Below, piece by piece: positions 41,304 through 51,013 of a DNA stretch of 64,000 bases (position 1 is the first letter of the stretch; every line of letters begins with the position of its first letter). This stretch comes from an uncultured Gammaproteobacteria bacterium (GTDB lineage: Bacteria; Pseudomonadota; Gammaproteobacteria; Methylococcales; Methylomonadaceae): NCBI GenBank assembly GCA_963849195.1, contig CAWKGQ010000020.1, positions 36,811 to 100,810 of the forward strand, read 5' to 3'. A model generated the notes under the pieces. The model was not told the DNA's origin. It was given only the letters and a program-made list of their open reading frames with translations, and made no database searches. A program made the position numbers and the translations under genes.

Positions 41304-42662
41304 CTAATTTGCCGAAACTAAACGAGGCTTTAACGGCTTAACCTCAATTTCAAAATCCATTCGAATGCGTTTTGCTATGGCGTTCACTTCCTTTTTGTTT
41401 TTAAAAGGTCCTGCGATGACCTGATAGGTATCGTCTTTTTTAACTTTACGCGCCGGAATGATGGGCCCCTGATGATTGAGCATGGTTGTCAGCCGTTGCG
41501 CTTGTATTTCATTATCGAAGCTGGCCACCAAAACCGACCAGTCGCTATCCTTTAATTCGCCTACAACCGGTTGTTGATAGAGTTGTTCAGGATGTTCCAG
41601 TTGTACTGCGTTTGCCGCTATGTCTGCCAAGTCCGGGCTTTGCGTTAGAATTGGCGTGGGAATGCCATCCGAATGTTGAATAATACTATCGACTTTCTTC
41701 CAATCGATGGATACATTATTTTTAGAGCTGATTTGATGTAATTGTTTCAACAACTGTTTTTTTAGGCGGGATTTATCCGGTGTCCATTTGGACAGCGGTT
41801 CGTTGGCTTCAAGATACAGCATGTCCTGATGCCAGGCCGTCAGATAGGGCTGGTGAATGATCCGTACCGGCATGCCTACCGATGCTTTCTTGAACAACAC
41901 TTCAATATCTTCCGGATAAAGTTGCACACAACCGTGGCTAATTTGCATACCGATACCATAAGGTTTGTTGGTGCCGTGGATCAGATAACGGGGAAAACCG
42001 AGGCGCATTGCATAAAGTCCCAGTGGATTATTAGGACCCGCAGCCACTACTTTGGGTAATGAATCACCTTTTTCTGCATGTTCCTGGTGAATGGATTCGG
42101 GCACAACCCAACTCGGGTTGGCTTTTTTGGCGACGATGCGGGTTAATCCCATAGGCGTATTCCACCCTTGACGACCAATACCGACAGGATAAGTGAACAC
42201 CTTATCCGGCGGCTGTTTGGGATAGTAAAACAAGCGCATATTCGCCAGATTCAGAATAATACCCTTATGCGGCGTATCAGGAAGAATAAATTGTGAAGGC
42301 AATAATACCCGGCTACCCGGTTCGGGCGTCCAGGGAGCAATACCAGGGTTGGCTTTGCTAATATCGTTATAACCCAGGCCAAAATGCCGGGCTATATCAG
42401 ACAGAGTGTCATTTTCTCGCGTGTTGACTGCGGCAATGGTGCCGACCATAGTTTGACCGTCGGATAACTGAAATTCATGGGTCTCGATAGTTTCGGCTTG
42501 CGAATGAAATTTTTGCGGGTTTTCCTCTTGAATGGCTATGTTTTCACTGAAATCGGGAAAAAATACCAGATGCTGACAGCCGCTGGTCAGGATACTGAGC
42601 AGTATTACTCCCAATAATTGGATAACCGGCGTTGTTGGCTTTTTAAAGTCTGACGTGTTCAT
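41304..42662 (-). CDS. L,D-transpeptidase (ErfK/YcfS family) lipoprotein with LysM and C-terminal SPOR domain
   Basis: Lipobox LTSGC, DTLSDIARHF, YPVGIGR, NPLG, IHGTN..GIGMQISHGC, SPOR-like tail. Confidence 0.92.
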   Translation of the reverse strand: MNTSDFKKPTTPVIQLLGVILLSILTSGCQHLVFFPDFSENIAIQEENPQKFHSQAETIETHEFQLSDGQTMVGTIAAVNTRENDTLSDIARHFGLGYNDISKANPGIAPWTPEPGSRVLLPSQFILPDTPHKGIILNLANMRLFYYPKQPPDKVFTYPVGIGRQGWNTPMGLTRIVAKKANPSWVVPESIHQEHAEKGDSLPKVVAAGPNNPLGLYAMRLGFPRYLIHGTNKPYGIGMQISHGCVQLYPEDIEVLFKKASVGMPVRIIHQPYLTAWHQDMLYLEANEPLSKWTPDKSRLKKQLLKQLHQISSKNNVSIDWKKVDSIIQHSDGIPTPILTQSPDLADIAANAVQLEHPEQLYQQPVVGELKDSDWSVLVASFDNEIQAQRLTTMLNHQGPIIPARKVKKDDTYQVIAGPFKNKKEVNAIAKRIRMDFEIEVKPLKPRLVSAN

Positions 42663-43130
42663 TTGAATTTTATCCAGGGGGCGTATTGACGCTAGTCGTC
42701 GATATGGCTGGGAATATCCATTGCGTAAAGCCAGTCTAATACAATGAAACTTAATGGAAGATTAATAGCCACTTCCAATGCAAAAATAGTAAGGGCAAGG
42801 ATCAGCATTTAGTAAGGTTGATACCAGCGGTTAATCAAAAAAGCGTTTTTAACAATGATATAGCGGAGTGAGTTTTAATTCGTCTGATATTGGGAATATT
42901 TTGATGGAGCATGGACAATAATGAATCGGTTTGAACATTGAATTGTAACGATAGTGGACAAATCGACAGGAAAGCCGATTAGCCGGCATAGCCCAAAGGG
43001 CGGTAAAGAAGGATATATCGAGCCATTCCCGACAACTCACCCGCGAATGATGAGTTTCATTTCTCTACCCAATAGATCAACAGCATTGGGGCATCCTCGA
43101 CCCTTGCCACTATCGCCCCAGCCGATCCGG

Positions 43131-44216
43131 CTATTTCAAGTATCTCGACTCAAAGCGCGCCACAAGAGCGCCTTTTAAATCACTCAGTTCAAGATGTTCA
43201 CCTTCTATTTTCCATTTTGCGGCGGATTCAAGCGCTTGCATAAATGAGGCCTCCAGTTCCATTCCATTCTGGCAGGCCATGCGTGTCGATGCCACACGCC
43301 CGAACTTTAGCTTTTCTCCGTTCAGCTCATAGCTACCCATCAAGCGGTTACAACCCGCAAATCCTTGCACCCGACTTTCCTGGGGCATCAACGCCATGTA
43401 GGGTTCTTTGTCGCTCGCGCTTAGGGTAACCGGCTCGTTACCCAAACGCACCAACTTCCAATAGGTGTTCTCCAACATGGCGATTGAATAGCCCGGGCCG
43501 CAGGTTTCACCAGGCCATATTTGCTTGAAATGGTCCACAATCAGCGTGGGCTGCGTTCCTTCACCCTCAATTTTCGGGCGAATAGCGATAGTGCCGTCCA
43601 AGTTCACAAGCAAAGCTTCTCCCGGCTCCCTACGCGCCTTGATATAAGCGGCTTCCAACGCTGCATTGTCGCCAGTTTGGGCAACGGGTAAACGCCATCC
43701 AGTCAAGCACTCCTGAAACAATCCGGCATCGGCCATGTAACTATACATGCCACGCATCGGTAGCTTTGGTTGTAGTGGCTCAAAGTGCCTAGAACGGACC
43801 AGATCATAATTCAGCTTTGATTGAATTTCCTTGCCTTCAACGTCCAGTTTTCGCAAGGTATCGGCATCCCTGATGGCGAACATTTGCGACGATTCTTTAC
43901 CGCCCATTAGGGTCAGTATTTCATCGTCTATTCCCCAGCTGCCAATATCATAAAAGCTGTCTCCTTCGCCATGCCCTTCGCCCAGATAAGTCATGCGTAA
44001 AAAGAACGCCTTATCGGGCCAGAGATTCAAGTTATAACGGATGCCGGCACAGCTTGCGCAGGGCAAAATGCCCGAATATGACGACGGAAATTCCAGCGTT
44101 TGCGTTGTTTTACCGGACGAATAGTCTTTCGATCGAATGGACTCAATGCCCTGACAGCCGGATATGGAAAACAGGAATACCGAAAGAAAAAAGCCTGCGA
44201 GTATTTTGATTAGCAT
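43131..44216 (-). CDS. lipoprotein with NlpE N-terminal, NlpE C-terminal and META domains
   Basis: Lipobox ISGC, YSGILPCASCAGI, GMYSYMADA, LENTYWKL..GFAGCN..STRMAC. Confidence 0.85.
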   Translation of the reverse strand: MLIKILAGFFLSVFLFSISGCQGIESIRSKDYSSGKTTQTLEFPSSYSGILPCASCAGIRYNLNLWPDKAFFLRMTYLGEGHGEGDSFYDIGSWGIDDEILTLMGGKESSQMFAIRDADTLRKLDVEGKEIQSKLNYDLVRSRHFEPLQPKLPMRGMYSYMADAGLFQECLTGWRLPVAQTGDNAALEAAYIKARREPGEALLVNLDGTIAIRPKIEGEGTQPTLIVDHFKQIWPGETCGPGYSIAMLENTYWKLVRLGNEPVTLSASDKEPYMALMPQESRVQGFAGCNRLMGSYELNGEKLKFGRVASTRMACQNGMELEASFMQALESAAKWKIEGEHLELSDLKGALVARFESRYLK

Positions 44217-44888
44217 GGGGTTGATCTCCAGAAGTGCATTGGAAAATGTTCTATATCGTAGGACAGCTCGCAATATATAAACCGCCACAGATTCACTGAT
44301 TAAACTAATGGTTTCTCACTTAAGGCGGAACACATGCAAAGCTTAAGCTTAAACTGTCCCGCTTAAGTTGATAGTCAAACTTTATTTATAATCTGTGACA
44401 ACTGTCATGGGGTTATTTTTTGCGAGTTACCTGGTAGTTTATATTGCAACGGCTTAATACGCGTAAAAAAACAAAACTTATCATCTTCCTCGGAAACTAT
44501 TGGATCGTATTTTTGTAGCTCTGTCGGTCTTTCATGATCAGCGCGAAGTTTTTATTGGGATCCGCGATGAGAGTGATATTATAACGCCTCGCCCATTTAT
44601 CAGGTATATCGGACATGCTGTCCATGAATTATGCCTATGATGCCAAGGAATCAACAGACCAAGATCAAAAACCTTTACTTATGGGGCTGGATTTTTTAGC
44701 CTCTTCCGATTTGCTCGATTTCATCCACTTTTCCAATAACAATAACAATATCAAGGTCCAATCCATGAAAGTATTTACAACTATGCCGGCCATTGCGGCG
44801 GTCTCAACGCTGACCAGTTGCGCCTTGGGCGACTGCGGCAGCGCACTGGATAATCCAAAGCGCATTGGCGCACTGATCGGATAAGAGC

Positions 44889-45290
44889 ATGCTCGGGATA
44901 CTGATACGCTTTCTGGCCGCTCTGGTTCTGGTATTTGCTACCTGGAACCCTATGGGCTGGTCCTTCGTCGATTGGTTCATGGGCTCCCTGCCCAACGTAA
45001 CGGCAGGACTAGTCTTCGCCGGCATAGTTCTGATGATCGGCTGGTTCCTTTTCCTGCATGCGACCCTGGAATCACTCGGCCTGTTGGGGATTATTCTAGC
45101 CTTGGCATTTTTCGGTTCGCTCACCTGGCTCGTATTTGACTTGGATTTGTTGTCGACCGGACAAGAAGTGCTAAGCTACGTGGGCCTAGTGGTCATCGCG
45201 GCTATTCTCGCCGTCGGCATGGCCTGGTCGCACATCTGGCGCAGACTCTCGGGTCGGGTCGAGGTAGAGGAAGATCACCGTCACGAGTGA
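44889..45290 (+). CDS. membrane protein, DUF6524-like
   Basis: RFLAALVLVFATWNP.G.S...W, ATLESLG, LAVGMAWSHIWRRLSG. Confidence 0.75.
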   Translation: MLGILIRFLAALVLVFATWNPMGWSFVDWFMGSLPNVTAGLVFAGIVLMIGWFLFLHATLESLGLLGIILALAFFGSLTWLVFDLDLLSTGQEVLSYVGLVVIAAILAVGMAWSHIWRRLSGRVEVEEDHRHE

Positions 45291-45733
45291 AAAATAAATC
45301 AATGGGCAGAGTCGCGCGAATTTACTGAAAGACAGATTACCAGATTCACGTTCATACCAACGGCGACTTCGAGTTGGATGGTGCTGTATGCCCTGCAAAA
45401 ACCGCAGAACGAATATCCGCGCTTCGACCCTCGCTTCACGATTGAATATTTCGGCTATTCCTATTTACCTTTACGAGATGGGTACAAAGTTCGGAAGTTG
45501 AACATGGACTTGAATCGCGCCTATTCCACAGGTCATTTGGGCAGTAGCGGAGCATTGTTTGTAGGGAGGCGATCGTGAACTTCCGGTGCTTCCATGCGCT
45601 TCGCGACGCAATAATGAAATATGTGAATTAAGTTAGATCGTATGTCCGACTGTTGTTATACATTCTGACTAGAGTATGTCATTTCCTGATGGTGATCGAC
45701 TTACTAAGTGCTTGATTTTTAAATACGCCAGAA

Positions 45734-46447
45734 TTGAGGTCGCACCCAGTTGCATTTTCGTTAGCTGCGGTAGCGCAAACGCCGGACCCGGCTACCTCAC
45801 AAACCTCTCAGAGTGTGTTGACGGCGATGTCACTCGGCCAGATCTTCACTTACTTTATAGTGATGCTTGGACCATTCCACCTGCTTGGCCCTTTTGCAAA
45901 GATATCCAGCGGAATGGAGGCTTCGGCATCCCGAAAACTTGCCGTTAAGGGCTTTACAATCGCGTGTTTTGCAGGATTGGCAGGGGCTATTATCGGCACG
46001 AGCATTCTCGCAAGTTGGCGCATCTCGCTGCCTGCCCTACTCATTGCCGCAGGACTGGTTTTACTACTCGTCGCATTGAAGACTGTTCTTTCCCAATATG
46101 AACGGCGGCTCACTACAACTGCGGAAACATCCGAGCCCGCAGCCAGGTTTGTTGCCTTATCGCCTTTGGCATTTCCGAACATCATTACGCCGTACGGCAT
46201 TGCTGCATTGATTCTGTTGCTTGCCGCAGCGGCGCCAAGTAAGCCGCTTGCTATTTTCGGCGTTTTTCTGGCAGTAATGGTCATAAATCTGGTAGCAATG
46301 TTTTTTGCGAAGCCAATTCTCAAATACGGCGCGGACGTCCTTACCATTTTAAGCGCTGTGCTTGGCGTTCTCCAGGTGGCTTTGGCCATTCAAATGCTTT
46401 TGCTGGCTTGCAGCAAGCTGGGAATTCTCTCGCCGCTGGGAGGCTGA
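45734..46447 (+). CDS. MarC-family membrane protein (start uncertain)
   Basis: MLGP, ISLPALLIAAGLVLL, PLAFP.IITP.GIA, LGVLQVALAIQM. Confidence 0.85.
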   Translation: MRSHPVAFSLAAVAQTPDPATSQTSQSVLTAMSLGQIFTYFIVMLGPFHLLGPFAKISSGMEASASRKLAVKGFTIACFAGLAGAIIGTSILASWRISLPALLIAAGLVLLLVALKTVLSQYERRLTTTAETSEPAARFVALSPLAFPNIITPYGIAALILLLAAAAPSKPLAIFGVFLAVMVINLVAMFFAKPILKYGADVLTILSAVLGVLQVALAIQMLLLACSKLGILSPLGG

Positions 46448-46571
46448 CAGTCATGGAGAGCGGCAGTCTTCACGGTTCCAATATATCTCGAATACAAAGC
46501 AGTGTTCACATGGGCGCCAAGCGAAGCGATTGCCGAAGTACGACGGCGATATGACTAGGTTGGGGTGATAT

Positions 46572-46892
46572 CTGCCTGACCTGTTACGGATTGTGGCCGA
46601 ACTTGAGCGTGATGGCATTGGTTTTGAAAGTCTGGCAGAGAAGATCGATATTAACAGTGCCAACGGCAAGTTGACGTTTCATATTTTTGCGGCCTTGGCT
46701 GAATTTGAGAGAAACTTGATTCGCGAACGTACCCATGCCGGATTAGTAGCAGCCAGCGACAGGAAAGGCGGAAGAAAGCCGGCACTCGATGATAAGCAGA
46801 TTCGAGAGGTTAGAGCGCTAATGCGCGATCTGTCGGTCAATATAACCAGTGCTGCTGAGCGCTACCATGTTTCACGCACCACACGGGCATAA
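46572..46892 (+). pseudogene. serine resolvase/invertase, C-terminal fragment
   Basis: GIGFESLAEKID..SANGKLTFHIFAALAEFERNLIRERT.AGL, GGRKP and HTH; the catalytic N-terminus (YARVS) is absent. Confidence 0.85.
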
Positions 46893-47124
46893 GTACGCGG
46901 ATGCCGCTTTATCAGCATCAGCCGCCCAGGGATTTAGTGGAGATTGATACGAATTTGGATGCTGTGAGTGCAGAGATTATGAAGTTACTGCAAGAGGTGC
47001 ATTCATAACGCCAGCAGTTGTTCAAAAGTGAATTTCTCTGGTGCAGACGACGATTTTTGAAGCGTATTATCTTTAAGCAAAGCGCTCAACAGCGTTGAGA
47101 GTTTTACTATGGTCAGCCAAAAGA

Positions 47125-47155
47125 ATGAAAATAGATACACAATGTGTATTTTCAT
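47125..47155. promoter_or_regulatory. candidate RHH antitoxin operator
   Basis: Palindrome ATACACA-A-TGTGTAT (47135-47149) overlapping ATGAAAATA/TATTTTCAT, upstream of the DUF1778 gene. Confidence 0.55.
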
Positions 47156-47196
47156 GGTGTATGATTGACGAAAATTGAAAAAAAATAGGAGTTTTT

Positions 47197-47484
47197 ATGC
47201 CTGACCGCCAAATAACAACCGATACCCAAACTCATGCCGTTAATCTACGGGTTCGTAGTGATATTCGTACATTGATTGACAGAGCCGCAAAAGTGCAAGG
47301 TAAAACGCGCTCTGACTTTATGATTGATGCCGCTAGACGTGCTGCAGAAGAATCTTTACTTGATCAAGCACTCGTGCGAGTTGACCAGAAAACTTACGCG
47401 CATTTTCTTGAAGTGCTTGATAGCCCACCCAGCGGCAAAGGCTTTGAACGGCTTATGGCGGCTGTAAAACCTTGGGAAGCGTAG
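47197..47484 (+). CDS. DUF1778 RHH antitoxin (TacA/AtaR type)
   Basis: VNLRV....LIDRAAKVQGKTRSDFM..AARRAAE..LLDQ...F..LD.P. Confidence 0.9.
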   Translation: MPDRQITTDTQTHAVNLRVRSDIRTLIDRAAKVQGKTRSDFMIDAARRAAEESLLDQALVRVDQKTYAHFLEVLDSPPSGKGFERLMAAVKPWEA

Positions 47485-47966
47485 TGCTGTCTTCGCCCAC
47501 GTTGCTGACTACCGATTATCAGCTTAATGATTTTGATTGTGGTGTTGATAGCCTTGATGACTGGCTAAAGAAACGGGCGCACCCTAATCAAATTAACGGG
47601 GCATCTAGAACCTACGTTGTGGCCGAAGGAAAAAAGGTTGTTGGCTTTTATTGCCTTGCTTCTGGCGCACTGGAGTTGAACAATACACCCGCCTCAATCC
47701 GTCGCAATATGCCCGATCCAGTTCCTGTCACCATTCTTGGTCGTCTTGCTGTTGATAAATCCTGTCAAGGCAAAGGACTTGGGGCTGCTTTACTTCAAGA
47801 TGCCGTCGTTCGCACGGCGCAAGCTGGTGGTATTCTTGGCATACGCGGACTTCTTGTCCATGCATTTTCAATTGAGGCAAAGGCTTTCTATGAGCATCAT
47901 GGCTTCGTCGCTTCACCGGCACAACCCATGACTTTGATCCTGTCACTCAAGCGGATGCAGTTATGA
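47472..47966 (+). CDS. GNAT acetyltransferase toxin (TacT/AtaT type)
   Basis: FDCG..SLDDWL, RRNMPDPVPV.ILGRLAVD..QGKGLG, LLVHA, FYEHHGF. Confidence 0.9.
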   Translation: MGSVVLSSPTLLTTDYQLNDFDCGVDSLDDWLKKRAHPNQINGASRTYVVAEGKKVVGFYCLASGALELNNTPASIRRNMPDPVPVTILGRLAVDKSCQGKGLGAALLQDAVVRTAQAGGILGIRGLLVHAFSIEAKAFYEHHGFVASPAQPMTLILSLKRMQL

Positions 47967-48034
47967 AATTGTTGCAAGAGGTATATTCATGACACAAATA
48001 ACCGGTAATCCACCTGAATATAAGGATTCCTGGG

Positions 48035-48265
48035 TTGAGTGGTTGGGCGGAAAAAGCTGAAAATACAGATCGAATCAACTCATGTTTAATTATTTGGAAA
48101 AACCACTATGCAAATCACATCTCATTTAGAAAAAAAATTGCTCAGGCTGTGCAAACATCCATGTTAATTGAAGGTTACAAAGCTTGCCGTTCTCAGGACA
48201 TTAAAACTCAAGCCAAAAACCTAATGGAACAATACCGTGTCCAAGTATCAATTCCGAGAAAGTGA
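48035..48265 (+). CDS. FicA/VbhA-like antitoxin, probably frameshifted relative to its natural ATG at 48108
   Basis: SMLIEG matches the (S/T)xxxE(G/N) inhibitory motif and the ORF overlaps the fic start. The A8 tract at 48130-48137 separates ATG 48108 from this frame. Confidence 0.6.
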   Translation: MSGWAEKAENTDRINSCLIIWKNHYANHISFRKKIAQAVQTSMLIEGYKACRSQDIKTQAKNLMEQYRVQVSIPRK

Positions 48266-49272
48266 TATTTATCTTTCCGGTACAAATATTCCAAAGAATC
48301 GGTTGGGTATAGAAGACGCAAATCTATTGCAGGAAATAGAAGAGTCACTTTTGCAACAAGCATATCAAGTTTTTATCGCCGAATTGCAACCCGCCGTTCG
48401 TTTTGATGAAAGTTATTTCAAGTCGCTGCACTACAGAACTTTCATAACGCTCTATGATTGGGCGGGCGAATATCGTTTGGCCGACATGAGCAAAGGTGGT
48501 TCGCTCTTTTGCCTTGCCCGTCATCTTGACAGTGCATCACGCCATATTTTTCAGCAGTTGGAGCGGGAAAATTTTCTGAAAAATTCAAGCGATTGGCTCC
48601 CGCAACAATTTTCTGAACGGCTGGCTTTTTATCAATCCGAGCTGATAGCGCTGCATCCATTTTATGAGTTGAATGGCCGCATTACCCGATTATTTTTTGA
48701 TCTCATCGCTATTTCCAAAAAGCCCGAGCTAACCATAAGCCGTGAACTTGCCCTGTTGCGTGAACAAGACTTGGTCAATGAGGACCTGATTTTAAAAGAC
48801 TCGTACATACTGGATTTTCTTGATCTGAATGACAGCTATCTGGAAAAAGACCTTAAAGATGCCTTCCTGCGGGAGCTGGGCAGCGGTTTTAGCTTTGTCG
48901 CACGCCAATACCGCATTCAAATCGATAACGATGATTTTTATATTGACCTGTTGTTTTACAAACGCAAGCTAAAACGTCTGGTTGCCATTGATTTAAAGGC
49001 GGGCAGCTTTAAGGCCGAATATAAAGGGCAAATGGAGCTTTATTTACGTTGGCTGGCAAAATATGAACATGAGGCAGATGAAAATTCCCCGTTGGGCATT
49101 ATTCTTTGTGCCGGTAAAAAAACAAGAGCAAATCGAATTGCTGGAATTGGATGGAAGCGGTATTCACATCGCCGAATACCTGACAGCACTGCCGCCCAAA
49201 GCAGAGCTTGAGCAGCGTTTGCATCAGGCCATGATCAATGCAAGACGGCGTCTGGACAACAAAAATGAATGA
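48237..49272 (+). pseudogene. chimeric Fic-domain / YhcG (DUF1016 PD-(D/E)xK) gene with a terminal frameshift
   Basis: LYDWAGEYR and HPFYELNGRITR (Fic), then an abrupt switch to SKKPE..LKDSYILDFL..ELGSGFSFVARQ..FYIDLLFY..GQMELY (YhcG). The tail continues in another frame after the A-run near 49116-49122. Confidence 0.8.
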
Positions 49273-49282
49273 TGGCTATTTT

Positions 49283-49663
49283 ATGAAAACCCTATCTGAA
49301 AACATTACTCAGATTATTCATGCGCATGCGCAGGTCGATGCCATATATCTTTATGGTTCACGGGCCAAACAAACGACACATGAAAACAGCGATTGGGATA
49401 TTGCCGTTTTATTTAGCGACTACGAAACGGATACAAGTGTGCGCTTATTGCGTCCACAATTGCTAGAAGCGACTATTGAGCGCGAATTAAAACTTTATAA
49501 TCAAATTAGCGTGATTGATTTAGAAACTGCGCCTATTTATTTGCAATACAGCATTTTAATGTCTGCGGTTAAGTGGTTTGATCGCAACGTGCCACACATT
49601 AAACGGGTTGAACAGAGTATTTTGTCAAAATGGGAGAAGGATTATGAGAGATATTGCCTATGA
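49283..49663 (+). CDS. MntA-like minimal nucleotidyltransferase antitoxin
   Basis: YLYGS-x10-DWD. Confidence 0.88.
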   Translation: MKTLSENITQIIHAHAQVDAIYLYGSRAKQTTHENSDWDIAVLFSDYETDTSVRLLRPQLLEATIERELKLYNQISVIDLETAPIYLQYSILMSAVKWFDRNVPHIKRVEQSILSKWEKDYERYCL

Positions 49664-50063
49664 ACAGGCATTGCTTCGACATCAACGAAGAATGTTACGA
49701 ATTTTAGACGAATACAGCCGCGAAAATACGGATACCTGGACAGAACGTGATTTTCTGGCGATACAACGGGCATTACAGGTTTATATTGAATCGTTTATTG
49801 GCATGGCACGTTATTTTGTTCAGCAAAAATATAACTTATCAGTGGGTCAATCACGCGAAGCGTTAGACGAGTTAAAAAGTCGCGGCGATTTGAGCTTTCA
49901 GCAACATGAGGAGTTGTTAAAAATTGTCGGTTTTCGTAACGTGCTGGTGCATGATTACTTAGAGATTAACGACGGCATCGTGCAAGCGGTTGTCACTAAA
50001 AAGCATTACGCGATTATGGAAAGCCTAATTTTGGACTGGCAAAAGGCATTGGAATGGTTATAA
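49644..50063 (+). CDS. HepT-like HEPN RNase toxin (DUF86)
   Basis: GFRNVLVHDY (Rx4H plus the adenylylatable Tyr); overlaps the antitoxin. Confidence 0.88.
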   Translation: MRDIAYEQALLRHQRRMLRILDEYSRENTDTWTERDFLAIQRALQVYIESFIGMARYFVQQKYNLSVGQSREALDELKSRGDLSFQQHEELLKIVGFRNVLVHDYLEINDGIVQAVVTKKHYAIMESLILDWQKALEWL

Positions 50064-50147
50064 AAGAATGTTGGTGATGCCTGAGAATCTAAAGCTTGTA
50101 GAATAGGCAAAGGCATAAGTAGAAAGATCGTTAAATTCTGAGGCTTT

Positions 50148-50438
50148 ATGAATCGTCAACAAGCAATAAGCGCACTTAGTAAGCTCAAACCTGAATTAGT
50201 TAAACGCTTTGGGGTAACGCGATTAGCACTGTTTGGTTCTACTGTACGTGATGAAGCGAAGCCAGAGAGCGATATTGATATTGTTGTTGCTTTTGACGGC
50301 CCTGCAACATCCGAAAAGTATTTTGGTGTGCAATTTTATTTGGAAGATGAATTAGGGGCGCCGGTTGATTTAGTAACTGAAAAAGCAATACGACCGGAAC
50401 TACGCCCTATTATAGAGCGGGAGGCCGTGAATGTCTGA
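50148..50438 (+). CDS. second minimal nucleotidyltransferase antitoxin
   Basis: LFGS-x10-DID, VDLVT. Confidence 0.9.
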   Translation: MNRQQAISALSKLKPELVKRFGVTRLALFGSTVRDEAKPESDIDIVVAFDGPATSEKYFGVQFYLEDELGAPVDLVTEKAIRPELRPIIEREAVNV

Positions 50439-50766
50439 ACGGGAATGGCGTTTTTATCTGCATGATATGCTGAATTTTGCTGAAAATGTCTTGGCTTATA
50501 CGGATGGCTTTGATCAAGACACCTTTGTAGCCACTGGCTTGAATTATGATGCGACCATTCGTAACCTGGAGTTAATAGGTGAAGCCGCAACGCATATACC
50601 TTGCGAAATTCGTGATACTTATTCATCGATTCCTTGACGACAGGTTATTGCAACTCGGAATAGGTTAATTCATGGCTATTTAGGGATTGATAACGATACG
50701 TTATGGAGCATTATTCAGGGCGACATTCCGGCACTGATTACCGGGTTGCAAAATATTATTCCATGA
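50431..50766 (+). pseudogene. second HEPN (DUF86) toxin inactivated by a nonsense mutation
   Basis: RNLELIGEAA..IP-TGA(50635-50637, expected Trp)-RQVIATRNRLIHGY continues in the same frame. Confidence 0.88.
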
Positions 50767-50977
50767 AAGCAAGTTTTGCAACTCTCTTGCAGGAATCGAT
50801 TAAGAGCTCATAAATAATAAAGCGCCCCTGTTTTTGAGTCCGTAACGTATAAAGGAAAATGTATTTAAAGTGGGGGATTTGCTATATAGGGTGCAAACCC
50901 TGCATAAATTACCCCTCTACCATAAGTAGAGGGATTAGGATTTTTAAAAATTGGGAAACTTCATTTATAAATACCCT

Positions 50978-51007
50978 TTGACACAACAAGACAACCGGTC
51001 ATATTAT
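50978..51007 (+). promoter_or_regulatory. sigma70 promoter with embedded TetR operator
   Basis: TTGACA-N18-TATTAT. The spacer contains AAGACAACCGGTC, and a related AAGACGACCAGTC lies at 51625-51637. Confidence 0.65.
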
Positions 51008-51013
51008 TCACTA

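Noticed and set aside
44394-44409. CRP-like or CusR-like site TGTGACAACTGTCATG
   Set aside because: Only a partial CRP half-site match, and the wrong spacing for a Cus box.
44615-44884. 89-aa ORF or short lipoprotein-like peptide before the DUF6524 gene
   Set aside because: No recognisable family; it may be a gene fragment and cannot be supported.
45378-45578. 66-aa ORF between DUF6524 and marC
   Set aside because: No motif, weak start context, probably decayed sequence.
46977-47100. attC or pdif sites in the TA cluster
   Set aside because: Core order is inverted for attC, no L boxes pair, and there is no XerC/XerD 11-6-11 match; kept only as direct repeats.
47823-47830. E. coli Chi octamer GCTGGTGG
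   Set aside because: Isolated occurrences are expected by chance, and this organism's Chi sequence is unknown.
50635-50637. TGA as selenocysteine or recoded Trp, given the nearby selenium-binding-family gene
   Set aside because: The position is a conserved Trp in DUF86 proteins, I see no SECIS-like hairpin, TGA is used as a normal stop elsewhere in the window, and MtoX has no in-frame TGA.
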